Source: a virus
Taxonomy: Duplodnaviria; Caudoviricetes
Virus record (IMG/VR): IMGVR_UViG_3300014199_000001
Span: 1-37,896 of that record
Strand: one strand, 5' to 3'
DNA length: 37,896 bases
Shown here: positions 8,173 to 18,083 of the stretch, piece by piece
How positions within the stretch are numbered: position 1 is the first letter of the stretch
How the letters are laid out: each line of letters starts with the position of its first letter
The notes under the pieces: model-generated
Seen by the model: only the letters and a program-made list of their open reading frames with translations
Databases searched by the model: none
Told to the model about the DNA's origin: nothing
Made by a program: the position numbers and the translations under genes

Positions 8173-8390
8173 ATGCACTAGCGGAATATCAGCAGAAGTG
8201 GTAGTAACAAGAGGTAGCGAGTTGAGATTGAATGCAATTGTCCTGACCGACCGGGATGTGTCCCAAGCTCGGCTACCCCCCATCGCAAATCCTAAACCTT
8301 TCCCTTGCAACTAGTTTACGCGCAATCCTGTATCAACCGGCCCACAATCGATACCGAATGGCCCTACTTTTCGGACAATTGCGCGCGGCG

Positions 8391-11300
8391 CTAGTTACTC
8401 ACAAACCCTGTGGCTACTGATGCCCCACAGTTACCAGTGTTAATTGTAAGAGCACCGGCCGGCAAAGACCCCGCTGTAGTACAGCGGTATACCGTGTTCG
8501 TTCCACTATTAGCTGTTACGGTACCAGCACCCCAGAACGCACCCCCTTTTGTAATGTAAGCCATATTTTGGTTATTGGCATGATTTGTGATTCCGAAGGC
8601 GCGATACCCTGAGTTACTATCATTCGCCGGAGTCAGTACGATACCTTCTTTAGTCATGATGCTGGTGTCTGTGGTGAGAATGAAATTTGCACCCCCAGTC
8701 CCACTACCAGTTGCCCAGAAAGTTGTTTGACATGGCGTACCGCTTGTGCTGCCACAGTTCCCTAGCACCGCTGCGCTATATGTCAGTGGCGCATAGGTAG
8801 CATTATCAATCTCTGCTGTACCCTGTAATCCAATAACATAATTAGGGGCAGCCGTGGCGTTAGAGGGTAAGATACCGTGGAAGTCCCCGCCAAATGGGTC
8901 TGCTCCACCCAGCGAATACCAAAATCCCATCACGGCAGCATTCTGATTCCCATTAGCATTACTAGAATACATATTCACGCCAATACCATTTAGATATGTA
9001 TTAGACGATAAATTAGCTGCATTTGTCTGCCCAATATATAATGTCCAAAGGATTGAAGAGTTACCTGTAGTAATAGTGGGTGTAATAGTTAATGCCGAAC
9101 TAGGCCCCGTGGCTTGATCTATACTAGCTGTAACACCCATACTAGTAGCTTGTGCCGTTCCTGCTACGGAGAGGTTGCCTCTAATCGTCACATTTCCTGA
9201 TGGATCAATATGCAGGGAGTCTGCCATTGGTCCATCCGGATAGGTCCCTGTGCGGAGAGAAATCTGGGTGCCATTGATCGTTGGCCCAACACCGCTCTGG
9301 TTGTAGATGTATGCAGTTGCAGAACCAGTCCCCGTGGGATTGGCACCACTACCAGAGAATGCGTAGAATGCTCCTGCTGTTACAGTGGAGACAGCCGTTA
9401 CAGTGGAGCCGAACGTCCCGCTCCCTGCTGCGCCAAGGTTGCCTGAGCCATCAATCGACCCCAGAACAGAACTCCCGGCCTGATTCAGAAACCGGATTGA
9501 GGTATTGCCAGCATTCAGGATGTTCAAGTAGTTATCGCTGCTAACGAACATTGCACCCCGAGCGGTTCCACCAGAATCCTTGAGCTGGAGATACTGACCG
9601 TTTGCAAAAACCAGATTGCGACTAAGCAGGTTGATGTTCGTCCCGTCATCCGTAATCGCCGAGTTCCCAATCGCGCTCCCGCTAATAAACTTAGAAACAT
9701 AATTTGTAGTACCACTTACATTCCCACTTGGCACATAAGGCAAACTAGGCACATCCCCCGCTACCAACAATCTCCACGTCGGCGCACCTGCTCCACTAGA
9801 CGGTCCCGCAAACACATAATTCTGACTAGTAGACGTTAATCCAATTCCACCTTGACTAACCGCCAATGCACTTGCTAAATGTGTAGCTGTAACCTGATTA
9901 CTAGTATTTATGTCTACCCCAGTTAACGCTATCTGTGTTCCATTAGCCTCAACAATCCCACTTCCATTACTAGTAAAATTCAAATTTATATTGGTATCAC
10001 TCCCAGTTGCTCCTATTGCAACCGTAGCAGGATTAGCTGTAGCAGCATTAGTAACTGTAATTGCGTCCACTGCGCTAGCGGTATTCGATGCAGCTAAAAA
10101 TACCTTCCCATTGGTATCATAAATCCCCGTGGTTATCTTAGGTGTTGTCAATGCTGCATTAGTAATCGCCGTTCCACTAGTTAATGTACTCGGCAATTGC
10201 CCCGCTGTCGCACTACCACTAATATTACTAAATGCTACCTGTGCGCAATTATTGCTCCCAGTAGTCCATCCTTGACTCCAGTTACTCCCATTACACGCGC
10301 TAGCTGTAGCAGCCGCAGCCGCTGTCCCCAACACTCCCCCATCTTGTATCTCACCGCTAGTCCCCGTAAATTGTGCTACGTGCAGAGTTGTGATACTCCC
10401 AGTAACCCAATTTGCATTAACACTGCCCCCCAACGCAACAGCGGTACCATTCACTGTAATTGAATTATGTACCAATCCTGTATTCGGAATAGAAGAGTTA
10501 GTGATATTACTCCCATTCGTAACTGTTGGATTAGGGTAGTTACTTCCTAAATCACCTCCTGCTGGCCCTGATGGCGGTCCCGCTGCCCCACTCCCTTGCA
10601 CCGTTAACACACTTGTACTATCATTCCACGTACAAATAGTAGTAACATTATCACAATTTATCCTAAAAGGCCCACTAACCCTAGATGCAGAGGGTATAAG
10701 CGCTCCTGCATTATACCCTTGCATTATCACTCCATTCCCAGTCTGCCCAAACAATGACTTCCCAAACATCAACACCAACACAATAAGTATGCCAATCAGC
10801 ACCCTATTTAGCACCCTAAACTCCCTAACATAACTTACTCCCTCAGGCACATTGACTATTGGTGCCTTTACCTCAATCAGCGTAGGACTAACCGGCGCTG
10901 GCATCACACTAACATTAACTTGTGGCTTAATCTCCTCAACCGCACTAACCAACCTCCCCAACACTTCCCCATAATCAATTGGCCCCACCGGCGCTGGAAA
11001 TTCCTGTTTCTCATGATTACACTCCACCTTAACTGAGATATCTTTATCAGCAATCACCTTCAACACTTCCGAATAATCTATTGGCCCCGGTATCGGCAAC
11101 TGTTCTGGATATGGTGGAATAACTGTCTGTGGAATACCTTCAACTGCTTCCGTAACTTCTACCAACTTCTTCTCAATACTATCTAGATGCTTAGTATAAT
11201 CATAAGTCGTAGGCCGCCCAGGAAAATTTATATGGAAAGTTTGTCCATCAGCGCCACCTTCACCTGTCTTACTTAAATTAGTCTTGTGCCCCGTTGTAAA

Positions 11301-11495
11301 TCCTACATGCGTAATCAAATGATATAACGCGACATCCTCTATCTGACTTGGCGTTAAATCTGGCCTACCAGCCTTAGCCTCTACTCTAAACCTCTCTAAC
11401 TTATCCTCTCCTAATACCTCCAATTCTCTCCCCACCAACGGATACCCATGCTTAGTCAACAACTCCGCCAAAAAATCACTAACTTGCACTTTCAT
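8391..11495 (-). CDS. Large spike/receptor-binding protein with N-terminal domain and internal TM/signal segment
   Basis: Likely ATG 11495 (AAGGAG RBS); Gly/Ser/Thr/Asn-rich fibre motifs GGDLGSNYPNPTV and VFAGPSSGAGAPTWRLLVAGDVP; VLIGILIVLVLMFGKSLFG|Q. Confidence 0.7.
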   Translation of the reverse strand: MKVQVSDFLAELLTKHGYPLVGRELEVLGEDKLERFRVEAKAGRPDLTPSQIEDVALYHLITHVGFTTGHKTNLSKTGEGGADGQTFHINFPGRPTTYDYTKHLDSIEKKLVEVTEAVEGIPQTVIPPYPEQLPIPGPIDYSEVLKVIADKDISVKVECNHEKQEFPAPVGPIDYGEVLGRLVSAVEEIKPQVNVSVMPAPVSPTLIEVKAPIVNVPEGVSYVREFRVLNRVLIGILIVLVLMFGKSLFGQTGNGVIMQGYNAGALIPSASRVSGPFRINCDNVTTICTWNDSTSVLTVQGSGAAGPPSGPAGGDLGSNYPNPTVTNGSNITNSSIPNTGLVHNSITVNGTAVALGGSVNANWVTGSITTLHVAQFTGTSGEIQDGGVLGTAAAAATASACNGSNWSQGWTTGSNNCAQVAFSNISGSATAGQLPSTLTSGTAITNAALTTPKITTGIYDTNGKVFLAASNTASAVDAITVTNAATANPATVAIGATGSDTNINLNFTSNGSGIVEANGTQIALTGVDINTSNQVTATHLASALAVSQGGIGLTSTSQNYVFAGPSSGAGAPTWRLLVAGDVPSLPYVPSGNVSGTTNYVSKFISGSAIGNSAITDDGTNINLLSRNLVFANGQYLQLKDSGGTARGAMFVSSDNYLNILNAGNTSIRFLNQAGSSVLGSIDGSGNLGAAGSGTFGSTVTAVSTVTAGAFYAFSGSGANPTGTGSATAYIYNQSGVGPTINGTQISLRTGTYPDGPMADSLHIDPSGNVTIRGNLSVAGTAQATSMGVTASIDQATGPSSALTITPTITTGNSSILWTLYIGQTNAANLSSNTYLNGIGVNMYSSNANGNQNAAVMGFWYSLGGADPFGGDFHGILPSNATAAPNYVIGLQGTAEIDNATYAPLTYSAAVLGNCGSTSGTPCQTTFWATGSGTGGANFILTTDTSIMTKEGIVLTPANDSNSGYRAFGITNHANNQNMAYITKGGAFWGAGTVTANSGTNTVYRCTTAGSLPAGALTINTGNCGASVATGFVSN

Positions 11496-11496
11496 A

Positions 11497-11802
11497 TTAT
11501 ACCACTCCTTCCTCATCTTGTGCAAATGTAGTAGTTCCACTAACTGTCTCAATATACCCTGCTATATCTCCAATATCAAACAACTGCTCTCCATTAGTAA
11601 ACTCATACTGATACCCTAACGGATACCTATTCGCCCCACTAGTCGCGCTAGGCTTCATTACATAAAAATCCGTAGTAGGCCATCCCACCACGGAATTATC
11701 TTCCCTAACTTTAATTGACTTAGTAGGTATATGCGCCACCACAGCTATTGGCAATGCAGCCCCTACCGTAATCAAACTCGTATACCCAATAGGCTTTGAC
11801 AT
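11497..11802 (-). CDS. Small beta-rich virion protein (vertex/penton-like candidate)
   Basis: 101 aa beta-strand pattern within the structural operon. Confidence 0.5.
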   Translation of the reverse strand: MSKPIGYTSLITVGAALPIAVVAHIPTKSIKVREDNSVVGWPTTDFYVMKPSATSGANRYPLGYQYEFTNGEQLFDIGDIAGYIETVSGTTTFAQDEEGVV

Positions 11803-11810
11803 TAAGCCTC

Positions 11811-13349
11811 CTACTGCCCCATAACCACAATATTACAAGTTTCTGCAACCATCCCTGCATTAGCAGGTAACGTCAATGTACTTGCTGTGGTACTAGGATT
11901 CTGCGCCCCGCATGACCCACCACCCTCCATCAATACCGGCCCCGTAGTAAACGCCGTGGGATACGCATAAGTTTGTGCAACTCCTGTATTAGCATATCCA
12001 TTTAAATAACAACTAGCTATCTTAAATGTCCCCTGCATAGACTCCGAACAGCTAGCTGTTCCTGAAGTGCCATTTTGACTAGTAGCCGTAGGGTTGCTAT
12101 TAAGTTGATTAGCCTTAATAGCAAAAGCCCCCAAATCCACACTCTGACTAGCTCCAGTATATGGAACAAGCTGATTAACATTCACACTAACCGTAGGCAA
12201 TGTAATGTGCGCATCAGCCTCTCCACCATAATACAGTGTTATCGTGGGAGTTGCCGAATTACTAACCCCTTCCACCACTACCTGCACTCTACTAGCACTT
12301 GTTGCAAACGTATATGGATTATTCATCCAAAATTCTAAATCAAACTGCGTCTCTCCCACTGTCGGCTGCAAAGTCCCCGTTGAATCTGTTGTACCAATCG
12401 TACCTATAAAATTCCCTGTTGAATCAACCTCATTTACAACTGCCATTACACTAACTGTTCCCACTGGTGCAGCACTTCTACTGCAATGCACATGTACCAA
12501 TACTTCCCCCGCAGGTAACACCGCTTGCCCAGGTACCCCAGCGTTAGTCATCCATGTTTGCAACACATTAGTACCACTAACAAGCGGATACGCAACCGTA
12601 GTAAGTATGGCATAAGTCGCAGGTGTCAACTGCAAGTTATTCGCTACCGCAGAATTGGTATTAGTCATGAAGTAAGTTAATGTATTCCCAAGTGGAATCG
12701 GTATCCACTCAGGGGCACTACTAACTACTCCATTCCCCTGCTGAGCCAACAAATACAACTGCCCAGTAATATTCCCCGCCAATCTAGTAGTAGCTCCTCC
12801 TATACCCCCATATATCGTATCCCCCAACTGTTGCAACTGAGCCAAATTCTCATTAACATTCGGGCTAATATTCAACTGTGGTGCTGCCTGATTCCTATTA
12901 TCTAATGAAATCGTTCCACTAGCATTCCCCACCGGCGCAACCGTGTAGCTACTCAACCCCGCCCCAGTATCATTCACACTCCCAGTGGTATTCCCCGTTG
13001 CCACTGCACACGTACACGTATTCGGCAACGTAGGCGTACTAGTTCTCAGCACATCATAACTAGTAGCCCCCATCAAATTCCAATTCACCTGAACATAATT
13101 ACTCCCACTCAGCGTATTAGGGGCATTCCCTACTTGCGCCATTGCTGCCTGAGTCTGACCAATGGGCAAATTAGCCACTACCCAATAATAATAATTCCTC
13201 AGCCCCGCCACTCCTACAGTCTGCGCACTAACACTAGTTACTCCACTAGGCGCACTGGCCCCAAGATATAATGTGCTAGGGGCAACCTGATTTGTTTGCC
13301 CCCAACACCCAATCGCCATCGCACTCAACAATAATAGTATCTTTCGCAT
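11811..13349 (-). CDS. Signal-peptide-bearing beta-rich virion/spike protein
   Basis: ATG 13349 with AAGGAG; MRKILLLLSAMAIGCWG|Q; Thr/Gly/Asn-rich; paired Cys. Confidence 0.7.
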   Translation of the reverse strand: MRKILLLLSAMAIGCWGQTNQVAPSTLYLGASAPSGVTSVSAQTVGVAGLRNYYYWVVANLPIGQTQAAMAQVGNAPNTLSGSNYVQVNWNLMGATSYDVLRTSTPTLPNTCTCAVATGNTTGSVNDTGAGLSSYTVAPVGNASGTISLDNRNQAAPQLNISPNVNENLAQLQQLGDTIYGGIGGATTRLAGNITGQLYLLAQQGNGVVSSAPEWIPIPLGNTLTYFMTNTNSAVANNLQLTPATYAILTTVAYPLVSGTNVLQTWMTNAGVPGQAVLPAGEVLVHVHCSRSAAPVGTVSVMAVVNEVDSTGNFIGTIGTTDSTGTLQPTVGETQFDLEFWMNNPYTFATSASRVQVVVEGVSNSATPTITLYYGGEADAHITLPTVSVNVNQLVPYTGASQSVDLGAFAIKANQLNSNPTATSQNGTSGTASCSESMQGTFKIASCYLNGYANTGVAQTYAYPTAFTTGPVLMEGGGSCGAQNPSTTASTLTLPANAGMVAETCNIVVMGQ

Positions 13350-13378
13350 ATTACTCCTTACCACCACTACCACTATCG

Positions 13379-13741
13379 CTAATAACTAACCTGATACGTA
13401 ACCTTGTAATTCATACTCGTAATCGTAGTACAAGCATTAGCTCCTGTTTTAATCAGTTGTATCGCAGTTCCGCTAGTCATCGCTCCCTGCCATCCAAACG
13501 TGGTAAGTGTATTATTCGCTGTAGTCTCACTAACAAACGCAGCAGACGCTAGACTAGCAGTAGGAACTGCCACGCTCACAATCGGTGTAGTATTCCCTGC
13601 TGTCCCTGTAATTGCATAACTAGCATTTATCACCCCACTAGGAGGCGTAGTAATCATTTGTGCTGTCTGAATCCCTTGTGCTTGTCCAAACAGCCCCACT
13701 GCAACCAACAAACTAACTACTACAACTTTCAATAGTCTCAT
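13379..13741 (-). CDS. Signal-peptide-bearing small beta protein
   Basis: MRLLKVVVVSLLVAVGLFG|Q. Confidence 0.7.
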   Translation of the reverse strand: MRLLKVVVVSLLVAVGLFGQAQGIQTAQMITTPPSGVINASYAITGTAGNTTPIVSVAVPTASLASAAFVSETTANNTLTTFGWQGAMTSGTAIQLIKTGANACTTITSMNYKVTYQVSY

Positions 13742-13757
13742 ATCTCATATTCTCCTT

Positions 13758-14306
13758 TTAACTTTGTGCAGGATAGAAATATCCTACCAAACTTCCCACC
13801 ACATTCCCGTTCAACGCTCCATTATTCAAATGGTTGATAACTAGCGTAATCACCTGATTTGAGTAAACCCTAATTGGACTAATCGGCCTAGGTGTCTGGA
13901 TAGTCCCTTTCTCAATCAAGATATTATCGAAATTTCTTACCGCTGCACCATTACGAAACAGTTGCGCCTGAATATCTCCACTCCCTTGAACAAATCCTCC
14001 CCCCGTAAAATTCCAACTAAACGCATTTATAACTCCATCCATCCCAGTTGGCACTGTCATCATAACAACCGTAACCGTTCCTGCCACTGCTGGCAATGCC
14101 GCTACTTGTGCCTGATCGTATGGTACACTGCCATCTGGTTCCTCTAACCAAGGTCTTTTAATAACACTAGTTGGCAAGTTAGACCCACTAACATCTGCTG
14201 TCCCACTTGCCACCAGTTGCCCATTAGTCAACAGCGCCGCATGAAGCAACGCTAACTCATTCATTGCTGAAGCATAGCTATTCAAACTATTTGCATTAGT
14301 CGCCAT
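13758..14306 (-). CDS. Jelly-roll-like capsid-associated protein
   Basis: Beta-rich; ends VVGSLVGYFYP, similar to the C-terminal strand of its neighbours. Confidence 0.5.
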   Translation of the reverse strand: MATNANSLNSYASAMNELALLHAALLTNGQLVASGTADVSGSNLPTSVIKRPWLEEPDGSVPYDQAQVAALPAVAGTVTVVMMTVPTGMDGVINAFSWNFTGGGFVQGSGDIQAQLFRNGAAVRNFDNILIEKGTIQTPRPISPIRVYSNQVITLVINHLNNGALNGNVVGSLVGYFYPAQS

Positions 14307-14310
14307 TCTC

Positions 14311-14925
14311 TTACCTCGTAATCTTTCTCATGCCAATCGAATTTGCATTTATTGGCACAGCTATGCTAAGTAACACTTGAACAACCGCCCCATTGGCATT
14401 AGTATCCAAATTGACGATTTCCCAATTCAATACCCCTGGTGGCGTCACAATAAATGGACTAAGTAACAACCCTGCCCCAAATGGCGTATCTGCATTACTC
14501 CCTGGATCGCTAGGCCCCACACCATTCCCCACTCCATACTCTAATTGCATATTACTCATCACTGTACGATCCAATGCGTAATCCCCATAAAATATACTCG
14601 CCTTACTTCCCTTATCCCACAACTTCAGTTTAATCCCCCCAGGGTTTATAGGTGATAAACTTGTCCCAGGATCACAAAAGTAATTCATCGAAACTACGTA
14701 ACTTCCCGCCGGTACTTGCACACTACCATTAACCGTTCCCAGCGCTGGAATTGTGGTATCACCCCCAGTAGGGAAATTAACTCCTATCCAGTAGTAATTT
14801 CCACTTTCCAGTATCTCCCTCATCAAATCTAACATTTCATCTGTCTGCCAATTATTATTATACCCAGGCAGATTCTCAATAAAAGTTAGTGGGCTGTAGG
14901 GAGCAACGATACTCAAAGGATTCAT
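14311..14925 (-). CDS. Jelly-roll-like capsid-associated protein
   Basis: Beta-rich; LLSPFIVTPPGVLNWEIVN...VQVLL pattern. Confidence 0.5.
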   Translation of the reverse strand: MNPLSIVAPYSPLTFIENLPGYNNNWQTDEMLDLMREILESGNYYWIGVNFPTGGDTTIPALGTVNGSVQVPAGSYVVSMNYFCDPGTSLSPINPGGIKLKLWDKGSKASIFYGDYALDRTVMSNMQLEYGVGNGVGPSDPGSNADTPFGAGLLLSPFIVTPPGVLNWEIVNLDTNANGAVVQVLLSIAVPINANSIGMRKITR

Positions 14926-14938
14926 AAATCCCCCTTTT

Positions 14939-15388
14939 CTAGCTACTAGTTGGAATCAGATAGCTTCCACGGAATGCAAAATAAATAGTATATGGCTCGT
15001 TACTCGAGATATCTTCAATTTCGCAATTGATACTACCACTAGCCGAATAATAAATGTAAGGGCACACCACATACGGAAACTGCCCTGATCCAAACAACAA
15101 AGTATCAATCACGCGATCTGTGGTACCGCCATTCCCCCCACACTGATACCACGTAGCACCATCCGAATTTCCTAGCCTAAATTTAAATCTCCGTGCCGCG
15201 CTAGCTCCACTAACAACTGTCTCTCTAGTCAGCGCTTTCAACCAAAAGTCACAAGTCCCCGGCAACGCCAGTGTAACCTTCTGCACGCTCAGATTAACCG
15301 ATACGCTAACCTCTAATGGAAACGTCTGTTCCCTCTCAATGTAAGTTTGTCCCCCAATACTTACCGTTCCATAACTTCCTGCTGCCAT
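14939..15388 (-). CDS. Jelly-roll-like capsid-associated protein
   Basis: 149 aa; FPYVVCPYIYYSASGSINCEIED...IYFAFRGSYL. Confidence 0.5.
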   Translation of the reverse strand: MAAGSYGTVSIGGQTYIEREQTFPLEVSVSVNLSVQKVTLALPGTCDFWLKALTRETVVSGASAARRFKFRLGNSDGATWYQCGGNGGTTDRVIDTLLFGSGQFPYVVCPYIYYSASGSINCEIEDISSNEPYTIYFAFRGSYLIPTSS

Positions 15389-15415
15389 ACTCTCATCTCC
15401 TTTATCTAAAAATTA

Positions 15416-15484
15416 CAAAAGGGTAGAAAGGCTAGGCTTAGACATTACTAGCACCAACTACCCTTTCTATCAACTACCCTTTTG
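15416..15484 (-). terminator. Hairpin/terminator after the putative major capsid gene
   Basis: On the - strand, AAAGGGTAG (twice) ... CTACCCTTTT stem followed by T-rich sequence. Confidence 0.5.
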
Positions 15485-15513
15485 CTACCACCTTTTAGAG
15501 TGATATGTCTGCT

Positions 15514-16326
15514 TTACGCAACTCCACGAGACAGAATCCCATGCAACCGTGCGCTAACAGTCAATCCCACTCCAACATAAGGTGTAGCACTATTCTGCGC
15601 CAAACTAGCCCCACCACCATCGGCCTTAAACTGCATGTTGAAAGTTTGAGACTGCAAAATAGTAATACCAATGATTCCATCGGCAACTACATTCGCCCCA
15701 TTATTAACGCCCAATGCCAACCCCGCAGGCAACCGAGTATCCCACATATTATGATAGCTCGGCCAACCATTAGTAGAATTAAGCGAGTAAGCCGTTGCAG
15801 CCGCCGCCAAGTTACTAACACTGTTAGTAAAAATTCCGCCGCTCTGCGGAAACACATCCAAAGGCCCCTCAGCATACACTTTCTGGCTAACCCAAAACTC
15901 CATATAAGTGGTGCTAAAGAAACTTTCCAAATCAATCGGCGCAACCTGAGGATTAATAAAAATGCTAATCCCCGTCACGTTATACCACTGGGGCGCGGGC
16001 AAGCTACTAACCAACTCTAGGTTAGTATCCACCTTAGTCTTAGTTCCACTCCCAATCGGTGCAACGAACAGCTTAAAAAGTTGGGGGAGCGTAGTACCTG
16101 CGGCATAACTAATCCGATCATACAACACCCAATTGACATAATCTGCCATGTTAGGTACAATCGGATTGCTTCGCCGACTCCGCGCACGCGCAATTTTCAA
16201 AAAATCTGTCATATGCGCGCGGCTAACTTTACTACCCCCAACTTTATCTTGGGTAAATTCACTCCCCATTACAAACAGTTCCTTACCTTCTCGAACTGCT
16301 GCCAGAATATTATCGAAGTTTTTCAT
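15514..16326 (-). CDS. Putative major capsid protein (single jelly-roll-like) with N-terminal extension ending RRSNP
   Basis: Beta-rich after residue 55 (LYDRISY..FKLF..PIG..KTKVDTNL..LP..VTGI; C-terminal LHGIL); strong RBS; followed by a terminator; no HK97 features. Confidence 0.55.
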   Translation of the reverse strand: MKNFDNILAAVREGKELFVMGSEFTQDKVGGSKVSRAHMTDFLKIARARSRRSNPIVPNMADYVNWVLYDRISYAAGTTLPQLFKLFVAPIGSGTKTKVDTNLELVSSLPAPQWYNVTGISIFINPQVAPIDLESFFSTTYMEFWVSQKVYAEGPLDVFPQSGGIFTNSVSNLAAAATAYSLNSTNGWPSYHNMWDTRLPAGLALGVNNGANVVADGIIGITILQSQTFNMQFKADGGGASLAQNSATPYVGVGLTVSARLHGILSRGVA

Positions 16327-16369
16327 TTATCATCTCCTAGAATTTAACTATTCCCATATCTTGACTAAC

Positions 16370-17365
16370 TTACATTAGTCTCCCAGTTCGCCGCAACCGG
16401 CCCATACCTGCATTAGCCGTAGCCGCAGGCACCGCCATAGCTAGCGCATTAGTCACCTGCTGTGGGACCTGAAACGCTCCCATATTCCCAGGCTGATTAA
16501 CTTGAGGCAGATAGAATGAGCTTCCACCAATCAGGCCCATTCCCCTCAATCCACTAATCCCGGTATAACTCGCCGCACTCGGCAGAATCGCATTCAGCAT
16601 TTGTGCCGCAGCATATACCAATCCCCCAACCATGAAGTCATCCCCCATAGCAGAGTTCTTAGCGACCTTACCAACTAACTTCCCTTGCACCACAGCTACA
16701 ACTGCCATAACTAATCCACCCATAAACCCACTAGTCAGTGAAGAAGGCAGCATCCCACCAATCAGACCAGTAGCAAAATTGGTAACTACCATCCCACCCA
16801 ACGCGCCCAGAACCTTACCGCTAGTTCCAGACATCAAACCCGGATTCCGCCTATAATAACGGCGATGACTAGCATTATGCCGTCGCCGTCTCCGAGAGAA
16901 AAATGGATTATGCCGTACTTTAGTCCCATAATTGCGCCTCCGTCGATGCGCCCTATTAACACGTCGTTTCCGTCTTGCCATAGTTGAGCCTCCTTTATTA
17001 ATAATAACGATTTTCTTACCCTTGTTACGTTTATGGGAATAACTCCCAACTAAGCTAGCTCCTAATGCTTTCTTAATTTGTCTAGCTCGCCGCGTGATAC
17101 CACTTAGTCTACTGCGTTTAATTCTCCGCCCTGGATTACCCAACGCGGGAAATACCGTAAGAATATGACCTACATTGCGTTTGCGATGCCGTTTAACTAC
17201 CGCTTTAAACGTTCGCCGTCTTTTAGGATTACTCCTTCTCGCCTTCAACGCCGCCCTTTGTCTCTTAGTCCCAAAGAACTTAATCTGAGCCGCCGACATT
17301 TTCCGCCGCCTACGCTTACCTGGATTAACTAATCTCCGTTTCTTAACTACACTCATTTCTGCCAT
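16370..17365 (-). CDS. Arg-rich DNA-condensing core protein fused to a hydrophobic membrane domain
   Basis: First ~175 aa are extremely R/K-rich with repeated NP; C-terminal half has 2-3 Gly-rich hydrophobic helices and GMG motifs. Confidence 0.65.
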   Translation of the reverse strand: MAEMSVVKKRRLVNPGKRRRRKMSAAQIKFFGTKRQRAALKARRSNPKRRRTFKAVVKRHRKRNVGHILTVFPALGNPGRRIKRSRLSGITRRARQIKKALGASLVGSYSHKRNKGKKIVIINKGGSTMARRKRRVNRAHRRRRNYGTKVRHNPFFSRRRRRHNASHRRYYRRNPGLMSGTSGKVLGALGGMVVTNFATGLIGGMLPSSLTSGFMGGLVMAVVAVVQGKLVGKVAKNSAMGDDFMVGGLVYAAAQMLNAILPSAASYTGISGLRGMGLIGGSSFYLPQVNQPGNMGAFQVPQQVTNALAMAVPAATANAGMGRLRRTGRLM

Positions 17366-17435
17366 CTATTGCATTTACTCCTTTCTTTAGTATTTAACTC
17401 CAACCATAATCTTTAGATTCACGGATCACCCCCTT

Positions 17436-17963
17436 CTAAGATCCATAGATATAATTGGACTTACCATCCATATACCCTTGGTAAAATGATTCTTGTGCAG
17501 TAACCCTCTTACCTGGAATAGTAGGCTTACCCTTGGACTTTTGCCATGCTACTACCATATCCGCAAATTTCTGTGACTTACCCGCAACCCTACCCCTTAA
17601 ATACCATTTACGGTTTAACCCAGCTTCAAACGGATTACTAGCCCTACGTTTCTTAGTAACTCTCTTCCGTGCAGGGTTACTCTCCCTTTCTGTCAATAAA
17701 CTAACACTCCCATCCTTATTAAACCTAACCGCGTGAGTGGGCACCCATGAACCGAGAGCGGGGTTATGCTTAGGTTCTTGCCCATAATGCTCCTTAACAA
17801 TATCCCCATCTTTCATTAAGGTAACATCTTCATAAGCAGCACGGCCATACCCAGTCTTACTCTGCTTAACATAAGTAGAAAATTTCTTACGTGCTTCAAA
17901 CCCATTAGTACCGGAATAAACTGTGCCAATGTTACCTACAATAACTTCCCATTCGTGTTTCAT
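17436..17963 (-). CDS. Basic protein with three NP motifs (core/virion candidate)
   Basis: KHNP, ESNP, RRASNP. Confidence 0.65.
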   Translation of the reverse strand: MKHEWEVIVGNIGTVYSGTNGFEARKKFSTYVKQSKTGYGRAAYEDVTLMKDGDIVKEHYGQEPKHNPALGSWVPTHAVRFNKDGSVSLLTERESNPARKRVTKKRRASNPFEAGLNRKWYLRGRVAGKSQKFADMVVAWQKSKGKPTIPGKRVTAQESFYQGYMDGKSNYIYGS

Positions 17964-17999
17964 AACTAATTCCTTATCCCCACATCCTCAAAAATCCTC

Positions 18000-18028
18000 T
18001 TGACAAAAAGTGATGCCCACGGTATTAT
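18000..18028 (+). promoter_or_regulatory. Near-consensus sigma70 promoter antisense to the virion operon
   Basis: TTGACA-17bp-TATTAT in the 17964-18083 intergenic gap. Confidence 0.65.
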
Positions 18029-18083
18029 ATGATTATGGGCAACACGTTCAATAAAATTACTAATGGCCGGATTAGCGCTTGGC

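Noticed and set aside
8391-13349. Diversity-generating retroelement or shufflon acting on the spikes
   Set aside because: No reverse transcriptase, no TR/VR pair and no alternative C-terminal cassettes seen
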